In this document: piece after piece, positions 57,740 through 64,000 of the stretch
How positions within the stretch are numbered: position 1 is the stretch's first letter
Layout of the letters: each line of letters starts with the position of its first letter
Origin: an uncultured Methanosarcinales archaeon
GTDB lineage: Archaea; Nanobdellota; Nanobdellia; Woesearchaeales; GW2011-AR9
DNA length: 64,000 bases
NCBI GenBank assembly: GCA_964344235.1
Contig: CAYFMJ010000001.1
Location: 32,001-96,000, forward strand
Direction of reading: 5' to 3'
Notes under the pieces: generated by a model
Told to the model about the DNA's origin: nothing
What the model saw: the letters and a program-made list of their open reading frames with translations, nothing else
The model's database searches: none
Position numbers and translations under genes: made by a program

Positions 57740-58590
57740 GCACTATACGCATCCATTACTTGTAATACTACTTGAGGATTTGTTGTTGGAAGAGAGTGTG
57801 GTGCGCCTGGAACAACATCGATATCAAGTTCACCCACTACTAATCCCCTAACGATTGGTTCTGCTTTTGTAGGCACAACCATTGCATCTTTGCTACCATA
57901 AATCATGTGGGTTGGAACGTAAAAACCACCTAATTGCTCAGAAACATCAAAGCCAATAGCGACCCTACCCATAACATTATTTGCTCTGATTCTATGCCAC
58001 GGTTGATCTACTATTGTTTTCAGAACTGCCAATTCTGATGCGCCTTCCAATTGTGACTGGTCTGGATATGATCTTTTTGTTCCTCTTAGCAAATGTCCAA
58101 GACCGGTTATTGCAAACCCTGGCCATTCAAGCACATAACGACCAACTTTGTCAAAAAAGTGATACAGAGCAACATTTGGTGCGGTGTCTTTAAAGTTAGG
58201 TGCAGTGCAGATACCCGTTAGTTTTGAAGCATTTTTGGTACGAGAAATATAATCAACAGCCGGCATAAAACCGAAACTTGTTGCAACAAATTCTGGCCTC
58301 TCTATACCCTTACGAGCTAAAATCATTTCAAGGTCTTGAGAGTGTCTTTCTAACTCATAAAATTCTGGTTTCGTGGGAGCATCAGAATAACCAAAGCCAC
58401 GTGGGTCAAACGTTAGAGTTGGGTGACCCCTTTCATTCAGGCCCGCTTCTAGTCGTTCAAGGGAACTATGGTTCATGGAAGATCCAGGACACAATACTAC
58501 CATTTTCTTGTTCATGCCACTGCCAGAATTTATCCAATAAAATACTTCTACTCCGTCCTCAGCAACAATTTTTTGATTAGGTTGTTTCAT
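57736..58590 (-). CDS. Alpha/beta-fold hydrolase
   Basis: D.RGFGYSD, ATSFG nucleophile elbow, PT..IYG..D..V, APHSL; start refined to 58590. Confidence 0.85.
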   Translation of the reverse strand: MKQPNQKIVAEDGVEVFYWINSGSGMNKKMVVLCPGSSMNHSSLERLEAGLNERGHPTLTFDPRGFGYSDAPTKPEFYELERHSQDLEMILARKGIERPEFVATSFGFMPAVDYISRTKNASKLTGICTAPNFKDTAPNVALYHFFDKVGRYVLEWPGFAITGLGHLLRGTKRSYPDQSQLEGASELAVLKTIVDQPWHRIRANNVMGRVAIGFDVSEQLGGFYVPTHMIYGSKDAMVVPTKAEPIVRGLVVGELDIDVVPGAPHSLPTTNPQVVLQVMDAYSA

Positions 58591-58716
58591 AGAGTGATTT
58601 AGGAGGTGGTTTTTATAAGATTTGTGTTTGTAATCATTGTGGAGTGGTTTCAATTTTATTTTAGTTACTTTTATAAAATAATCATAGTTGAAATGTTCTA
58701 TGCGGACGTGCCGGAG

Positions 58717-58759
58717 AACTCACTTCGTTCGTGCTCCAACAAACGAAGTTTGTCCGGAG
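58717..58759 (+). other. tRNA-Leu intron 1 (43 nt, 15/16)
   Basis: Central helix CCGG/CCGG, bulges AG|A and AG|T, intron stem ACTTCGTT/AACGAAGT. Confidence 0.82.
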
Positions 58760-58775
58760 TGGTCAAACGGGACGG

Positions 58776-58808
58776 TTCGTTTGGCATTACGGTGCCAAGT
58801 GAGTCCAT
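58776..58808 (+). other. tRNA-Leu intron 2 (33 nt, 30/31)
   Basis: Central helix GGAC/GTCC, bulges GG|T and AT|A, 11-bp stem with TACG loop. Confidence 0.85.
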
Positions 58809-58815
58809 ACTCAAA

Positions 58816-58848
58816 TGCTAAAACCATTTCCTGATTTAGCGTAGAGCT
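58816..58848 (+). other. tRNA-Leu intron 3 (33 nt, canonical 37/38, relaxed BHB)
   Basis: CTCA/AGAG (3 of 4 pairs), GCTAAA/TTTAGC intron stem, 3' bulge CT|A. Confidence 0.72.
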
Positions 58849-58946
58849 ATCCGTTGGTTTAGTACCTACGCAGGTTCGAACCCTGCCGTCCGCACTTTAT
58901 TATTGTATTCTTTCTTCTTAATTCAACTTTTAAATTGTAATTTTAG

Positions 58947-58984
58947 CCACTGGTCACTGGACAACCACTAGCAGAGTTTATATA
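58947..58984 (+). promoter_or_regulatory. Conserved box + TATA promoter of LAGLIDADG-3
   Basis: CCACTGGT-CACTGGACAACC-N11-TTATATA. Confidence 0.75.
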
Positions 58985-59019
58985 CAAAATCACTTACGAA
59001 GTTTCACAGTACCAAGATT

Positions 59020-59775
59020 ATGAATACAAAAATAAATCCGGAGGTTGCAGAGATCCTAGGAGCCTTTATAGGAGATGGGTGGCTTGAAAGCTCATTAGGT
59101 GCGATCTACATTACGGGTGATAAAACTGAGGATAAAGAGTATTATGATGCATTTTTAGGCCCTTTGTTTAGTGAACACTTTTCTCCCGTCACACCACAGC
59201 AATTCCCGTACTGGAATGTATATGGAATTGGTTCTTCTAAGAAAATAGCAATTGAGAAGTGCTTGAGTCTCGGTTTTCAACCAGGAAGTAAAGCACTCGT
59301 TGCAAAAATGCCAGACTTTATTATGAAAACACAAAATGTTGAGGTTAAGAAAGCTATTCTAAGGGGTATCTTTGACGCTGATGGATGTATATGGTTTGAT
59401 AGATCAAGAGCCAAGACATCTAACGAATGGAAGAGAAAATATCATTATATTCCAATTATAGAAATTTCCTCTTGTTCACAAAATTTATTACAACAAATGA
59501 AAGAAATCCTAACTACTTTTGGAATAGAATCACTTATTATACTAAAGAGTAAAGCGGGAAGAAAATTCAATAGGAATCGACATGATTCTTTCTCTTTAAA
59601 AATAAGGAAAATTGACCATGTTAAAAAATGGTTCAGTATTATTGGTTCTAGTAATTCAAGACACCAAACGAGGTATGCTGTTTGGAAAAAATTCGGCTTT
59701 CTTCCGCCAAGGACAAATATTAACCAAAGAAAGCAAATTTTAGCGGGGAAATTAGATCCTAAGAGTTTCTATTAA
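59020..59775 (+). CDS. Free-standing LAGLIDADG endonuclease 3
   Basis: PEVAEILGAFIGDG and ILRGIFDADG motifs, WF..IG.SN. Confidence 0.88.
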   Translation: MNTKINPEVAEILGAFIGDGWLESSLGAIYITGDKTEDKEYYDAFLGPLFSEHFSPVTPQQFPYWNVYGIGSSKKIAIEKCLSLGFQPGSKALVAKMPDFIMKTQNVEVKKAILRGIFDADGCIWFDRSRAKTSNEWKRKYHYIPIIEISSCSQNLLQQMKEILTTFGIESLIILKSKAGRKFNRNRHDSFSLKIRKIDHVKKWFSIIGSSNSRHQTRYAVWKKFGFLPPRTNINQRKQILAGKLDPKSFY

Positions 59776-59816
59776 GTTTCACATAGCTTTTTAAACACCC
59801 AAAGTATTCTTTGTGG

Positions 59817-61151
59817 ATGCCAATTGAAGTATGCAGCATCGGTGGATTCTCGAAAACAGAAGGGAATTCCGTTGCGATTAAAGTTGATGATGAAGTTGTT
59901 ATTCTTGATATGGGTTTAGGGATGGAGTCGTACATCAAGTATCAGGAAGACCGCGAAGATGTCAAGAGCGAGAAGGATTACAAAGATCTTGTAAAAGTTG
60001 GTGCGGTTCCTAATTATAGTTTCATTGCTGATTGGAAAAGCATGGTTAAGGCGATCGTGCCAAGCCATGGTCACCTCGACCACGTAGGGGCGATTCCGTT
60101 TGGTGCGCATTTATTCCCGACTGCCCCCGTGGTGTCAACACCGTATAGTATTGAGGTGCTGAAAAGTATTTTATGGGATGAGCACATTAAGTTACGGAAT
60201 GAATTAGTAACGATTCAATTAAATGGTTTGTATAAAGTGTCTGACAAGATTACATTAGAGTTCATTAATGTGACACATTCTATTCCACACACGGCAATAA
60301 TCTGCGTGCATACCCCATATGGCAAGGTGTTATATGCTAATGATTACAAGTTTGATAGACAACCAGTGATTGGAAAGAAGCCAAACTTTGCACGGTTGAA
60401 AGAGTTAGGAGATGAAGGAGTTGCGTTACTTATTGTGAACTGTTTATATGCGCACGCGCAAAAGAAAACCCCCTCTGAATCAGTTGCACGACAAATGTTG
60501 AAAGATGTGGTGTTGGGAGTAGAGACGGAAGGAAAAGCGATGATTGTGACAACGTTTAGTAGTCATTTAGCAAGGCTAAAAAGTATCATCGAAATGGGGA
60601 GGAAACTAGATCGAAAAATAGTGTTTATTGGTAGGTCGCTGATGAAGTATGTGAAAGCGGCTGAAAGAATTAATTTGGTTTCGTTTACCAATCAAGTAAA
60701 GATGATGAGGCATCGGGATAAAATTGAGCAAACATTAAGGCAAGTACAAAAGAATAAAGGGAAATATCTTATTGTCTGTACGGGCCACCAAGGGGAACCG
60801 CGAGCGGTGTTATCACGAATAGCTCGAGGGGAGCTGGACTTCAAGTTGAGTCATGGAGATGTTATAATATTTAGTTGTCAAGTTATTCCCGTTGAAGTCA
60901 GTATCAAAAATCGTGAAAGATTGGAAAAGAGTTTACGCAATTATAATGTAAGAATCTTCAGAGATGTCCACGTTTCCGGCCATGGGGCACTGGAAGATCA
61001 TCGTGATTTATTGGAATTAGTAAAGCCAAAGGAAATTATGCCGATTCACGCCGAGAACGAGAAAGCGAAGATGCTTGCTGATTTCGCAGCGAAGTTGGGG
61101 TATAAGAAAACACATATCATGCAAGATGGTGGGAGAATAGTTGTCAAGTGA
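59817..61151 (+). CDS. rnj: Ribonuclease J (metallo-beta-lactamase, beta-CASP)
   Basis: LDMG, SHGHLDHVGA, THSIP, DYKFD, TTFSSHLARL, TGHQGEP.A.L.RIA, HVSGHG, PIHAE; start ATG 59817. Confidence 0.95.
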   Translation: MPIEVCSIGGFSKTEGNSVAIKVDDEVVILDMGLGMESYIKYQEDREDVKSEKDYKDLVKVGAVPNYSFIADWKSMVKAIVPSHGHLDHVGAIPFGAHLFPTAPVVSTPYSIEVLKSILWDEHIKLRNELVTIQLNGLYKVSDKITLEFINVTHSIPHTAIICVHTPYGKVLYANDYKFDRQPVIGKKPNFARLKELGDEGVALLIVNCLYAHAQKKTPSESVARQMLKDVVLGVETEGKAMIVTTFSSHLARLKSIIEMGRKLDRKIVFIGRSLMKYVKAAERINLVSFTNQVKMMRHRDKIEQTLRQVQKNKGKYLIVCTGHQGEPRAVLSRIARGELDFKLSHGDVIIFSCQVIPVEVSIKNRERLEKSLRNYNVRIFRDVHVSGHGALEDHRDLLELVKPKEIMPIHAENEKAKMLADFAAKLGYKKTHIMQDGGRIVVK

Positions 61152-61186
61152 TTTATCACCTTTCGGTGCCGATTTCTCTATGAAAC

Positions 61187-61212
61187 TACTGGACAACAAC
61201 AAATCTTATAAA
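61187..61212 (+). promoter_or_regulatory. Conserved box + TATA promoter of PCNA
   Basis: TACTGGACAACA-ACAAATC-TTATAAA (N7 spacing). Confidence 0.55.
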
Positions 61213-61249
61213 TGGTTTTGACTCGGAGAGAGAGTAGAGGGTGTGAATC

Positions 61250-61996
61250 ATGAAATTAGTCTTAGCAGAACCACGATATTTTAAGGATAGTATTTCTATT
61301 GTTTCAGAATTAGTTACGGAGGCGAAGTTTAAGATTGGGAAGGATGGATTAGAGTTAGTGGCGATGGATCCCGCGAACGTGGCGATGGTGGTGTTTAAAT
61401 TATTAAGTAGTTCTTTTACACAGTATGAAGTTTCTGAACCAGAAGAAGTAGCAATTAATTTAGGGAATTTAAAACAGATTCTGCGAAGGGCGAAGGGTGA
61501 TGATGTTTTAACCCTTGAAACTACGGAGGATAATAAATTAAAGATTCAGATGAAAAGTGGAACGACACGTTCATTTTCAATTCCAACGTTAGAGATTGAG
61601 GATAAGGAGCAGCGTGTGCCAGATTTAACATTTCCCATTACAGTTACTATGACTGCAGATATGCTAGCTGAAGCGGTTGAAGACGTTTCCGTTGTTGCGG
61701 AGTCGGTGACGTTTCTGGGAGAGAAGCAACAATTATTAGTGAAAGCAGAAGGGGATTTATCAAAAGCGTTTATTGAAATTAAGCCGAATGATACGGCTGC
61801 CATTGTAGCGGAAGCAGATACCAAGTATAAAGCAAAGTATTCTTTGGAGTATCTGAAGAAAATGATTTCCGGTGGGAAGTTAACTGACCAAGTAACTTTA
61901 CAGTTTAACACGGATTATCCAATGAAGTTAGAATATAAGTTAACGGACAGGTTGTTGTTAAGTTTTATTCTCGCTCCTCGAGTCGATAATGATTAG
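61250..61996 (+). CDS. pcn: DNA sliding clamp PCNA
   Basis: L.EA.F.....GL.L.AMDPANVAMV, INL..LK.IL.RA, KYSLEYL..M, YP.KLEY, F.LAPRV. Confidence 0.96.
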   Translation: MKLVLAEPRYFKDSISIVSELVTEAKFKIGKDGLELVAMDPANVAMVVFKLLSSSFTQYEVSEPEEVAINLGNLKQILRRAKGDDVLTLETTEDNKLKIQMKSGTTRSFSIPTLEIEDKEQRVPDLTFPITVTMTADMLAEAVEDVSVVAESVTFLGEKQQLLVKAEGDLSKAFIEIKPNDTAAIVAEADTKYKAKYSLEYLKKMISGGKLTDQVTLQFNTDYPMKLEYKLTDRLLLSFILAPRVDND

Positions 61997-62027
61997 ATTT
62001 TTATAGTGGCGTTTTTTTAGGGTATTT

Positions 62028-62516
62028 ATGAGTATTACTAGTAAGAATGTTGGAGTCGGCCTAATTGTGTTAGGAATCGTGTTAATTAGTATTCTTTCGT
62101 TAGTGAAAATTAACTTTGATAGTCAGGCTGTGTTCCTCTGCCAGGCTGTAAGTAACGATCCAGGAGTTGAGATGGCTGACTGTCCGGCTCATACAAGTAA
62201 TATCCCTTGGTTAGTTACGGTTGGATTCGGTGTGGCGTTTCTGGTGTTGGCAGCAGGGATTTATCTGTTTGTTGCCAGTCGAGGAGTAGTGCAGAAGAGA
62301 GAGGTTAGCGTGGTGGATACAAAACACTTTTCTGAAGAAGAGAAACAGATAGTTAGTATTTTGGCTGAACGGGGTTCAATGTATCAGAGTGACTTGATTA
62401 AGGAGACTGGCTTTAGTAAAGTGAAAATAACGAGATTATTAGATAAATTAGAGCATGATGATAGAATCCTCGAGCGAAAGCGGCGGGGGATGGCGAATAT
62501 TGTTGTGTTAAAGTGA
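62028..62516 (+). CDS. Membrane-anchored wHTH transcriptional regulator
   Basis: Two TM helices around a C...CPAH loop; C-terminal G.MYQSDL...TGFSKVKITRLLDKLE...ILERKRRGM.N.V.L. Confidence 0.8.
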   Translation: MSITSKNVGVGLIVLGIVLISILSLVKINFDSQAVFLCQAVSNDPGVEMADCPAHTSNIPWLVTVGFGVAFLVLAAGIYLFVASRGVVQKREVSVVDTKHFSEEEKQIVSILAERGSMYQSDLIKETGFSKVKITRLLDKLEHDDRILERKRRGMANIVVLK

Positions 62517-62518
62517 GT

Positions 62519-62534
62519 TTGAAACTAGTTTCAA
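62519..62534. promoter_or_regulatory. Perfect 16-bp palindrome, putative operator
   Basis: TTGAAACT|AGTTTCAA between the wHTH gene and the DUF411 operon. Confidence 0.7.
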
Positions 62535-62580
62535 CAGTAGATAGTTAAGGTGTTTCTTCCATCTTTTTCTAACGAGGTTA

Positions 62581-63033
62581 ATGAAAATGAATGGAAAACT
62601 GATGATTATTGCTAGTGTAGTGTTGGTACTCTTTCTTGTCGGATGTAACTCTGAAACGGGAAGCGAAACGAAAGCGGTTGTGTTTAAATCAGCGAGTTGT
62701 GGGTGCTGTGGGATTTATGCTGAGTATATGGATCATAAAGGTTTTGATGTGAACGTGGAGACAACGGAGTTAATGGGCCAGGTAAAACAGAAATATGACG
62801 TGCCATCACATTTGGAAAGTTGTCATACAACTGATGTTGGTGGTTATTTCGTTGAGGGGCATATCCCAGTTGAGGCCATTGAGAAGCTGCTTACAGAAAA
62901 ACCAGAGATTGCGGGAATTGCGATGCCAGGAATGCCTTCGGGAAGTCCGGGAATGCCTGGGCCAAAGGATGAAATATGGACTATTTATGCAGTGCATCAT
63001 AATGGAAGTATAAGTGAGTTCATGAAAATTTGA
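62581..63033 (+). CDS. DUF411 family metal-binding lipoprotein
   Basis: Lipobox FLVGC; KS.SCGCC..Y, L.SCHT...GGY.VEGHIP, GIA.PGMP.GSPGM. Confidence 0.9.
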   Translation: MKMNGKLMIIASVVLVLFLVGCNSETGSETKAVVFKSASCGCCGIYAEYMDHKGFDVNVETTELMGQVKQKYDVPSHLESCHTTDVGGYFVEGHIPVEAIEKLLTEKPEIAGIAMPGMPSGSPGMPGPKDEIWTIYAVHHNGSISEFMKI

Positions 63034-63039
63034 GGTGGG

Positions 63040-63555
63040 ATGATGAAGTTCAAAACAATTTCGTGGGGTACGTTGTTCTTGTTGTTGCCCTTCTCGGTAA
63101 AAGCGCATTGTCCTCTTTGTACAATAGGTGTAGCTGCTGCTGCAGGCGGAGCTGCGTATCTTGGAGTGCACGTTGCAGTGATTGGGTTGTTTGTTGGGGC
63201 ATTTGCTGTGTCAACTGGTTGGTGGGCTTCACGGTGGTTGAAGAAGCAATGTGTGCCATTTCAGAAAACGTTGATTATAGTAGCGGCGTTTTTACTCACT
63301 GTAATTCCGATTCTGCCATTGATCGAAAGTTCATATCCTTTGTATATCCCCTGGTTGGGCGTGTATGGAACAACACTTGTTGTGAATAGTGCTTTGGTAA
63401 CGAGTCTTTTAGGGGGTTTGGTAGTTGCAGGCGCGCCGTCTTTGAGCAAGAAGATCAGTGGGTTGCGAGAGGGTAAGATGATTCCATTTCAGGGAGTTTT
63501 GTTGACGTTAGCATTGCTCGCTGTTGTAGGGGTGTTGATCCAGGTGGTGATGTAA
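63040..63555 (+). CDS. Membrane protein with AHCPLC metal-binding motif
   Basis: Signal peptide, HCPLC, four TM helices. Confidence 0.7.
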   Translation: MMKFKTISWGTLFLLLPFSVKAHCPLCTIGVAAAAGGAAYLGVHVAVIGLFVGAFAVSTGWWASRWLKKQCVPFQKTLIIVAAFLLTVIPILPLIESSYPLYIPWLGVYGTTLVVNSALVTSLLGGLVVAGAPSLSKKISGLREGKMIPFQGVLLTLALLAVVGVLIQVVM

Positions 63556-64000
63556 ATGGAAGAGGTCTTTGTTATTTTTGTGAGTATAATTTCACTATTC
63601 TTGTTATTGCTAGTGGTTAAACAGTTTTTGCCTCAAAGCATTAAAGAGCGGTTGTGTGTTCTCTGTGCAGGTGTTTCTCTCACGTGGATTGCTCTGTTAG
63701 TGTTTTACTATCTTGGGGTCTTTGAAAGTAAAATATTAATTGCTTTGTTAATGGGAAATACAATGCTAGGCATTTTTTACCTTGTTGAGAAGAAAGTGCA
63801 AGAAGAGTTGAAAGTGTTTCGGTTGCCGTTCTATCTGACGTTGTTGTTTATTGCAGTTGGGTTGCTGCAGATACAGGTGTCCTTTGGAGTTGTGGTGTTA
63901 CTCGGAGCAGTATGGGCTGTGTTTTTAGGTTTGTATTTGTTTAAGCAAAATGCTACAGTACATAGGACTGTGAAAAAAATCATTGAATGTTGTAAAAATT
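63556..64000 (+). CDS. Membrane protein with CxxC and CC motifs, 3'-truncated by window edge (absent from ORF track)
   Basis: MEEVFVIF...RLCVLCAGVSLTW...IIECCKN; frame open to the end of the window. Confidence 0.7.
   Translation, partial: MEEVFVIFVSIISLFLLLLVVKQFLPQSIKERLCVLCAGVSLTWIALLVFYYLGVFESKILIALLMGNTMLGIFYLVEKKVQEELKVFRLPFYLTLLFIAVGLLQIQVSFGVVVLLGAVWAVFLGLYLFKQNATVHRTVKKIIECCKN

Larger units (their letters stand above)
58702..58894 (+). tRNA. tRNA-Leu (CAA) with three introns (15/16, 30/31, 37/38)
   Basis: Spliced: GCGGACG-TG-CCGG-AGTGGTCAA-ACGG-G-ACGGA-CTCAAAA-TCCGT-long variable arm-GCAGG-TTCGAAC-CCTGC-CGTCCGC-A. All stems close only after removing 58717-58759, 58776-58808 and 58816-58848. 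Confidence 0.88.

Noticed and set aside
58635-58646. CACTCCACAATG upstream of the alpha/beta hydrolase as an eighth regulon site
   Set aside because: Two or more mismatches and 16-nt spacing to the TATA; GT-rich intergenic composition could produce it by chance.
400-63449. Many short ORF-track entries antisense to or out of frame within long genes (e.g. 400-624, 6054-6383, 20665-21051, 40885-41400, 49854-50255, 63030-63389)
   Set aside because: They are shadow ORFs fully overlapping well-supported genes and carry no recognisable motifs.

Overview
This is a 64-kb piece of a low-GC, gene-dense archaeal chromosome, most likely DPANN/Nanobdellota (Woesearchaeota-like). The archaeal informational genes are aEF-1beta, aIF5B, aIF1A, Trm1, DnaG, RIO1-KH, topo VI A/B, Hef, PCNA, RNase J, archaeal TrpRS and ScpB. 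They sit among bacterial-type genes (gyrA, lspA, lemA-htpX, livFG) and many orphan surface or membrane proteins. No rRNA, CRISPR array, transposase or integrase was seen. The most unusual signal is non-coding. All three tRNA genes (Arg-TCT; Cys-GCA with two BHB introns; Leu-CAA with three introns) have a free-standing LAGLIDADG endonuclease gene beside them. All three endonuclease promoters carry the same 12-bp box (YACT-N-GACAAC-N) exactly 11 bp upstream of a TATA box. The box recurs at the same spacing before Hef and the DUF4186/RNase-H-like operon, and at 7-bp spacing before PCNA and (one mismatch) gyrA. This suggests an undescribed DNA-repair/replication regulon that includes tRNA-linked homing-type nucleases. 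Two of the nuclease genes also have hairpins that bury their Shine-Dalgarno sequence. Other observations: two candidate sRNAs upstream of dnaG, an unannotated ElaB/YqjD-YqjE-like gene pair, a DsbA/S-layer gene split by one in-frame TAA, several probable pseudoenzymes, and a membrane-anchored wHTH regulator with a perfect 16-bp operator in front of a putative copper/metal cluster. All calls are by eye from motifs; no database search was run.
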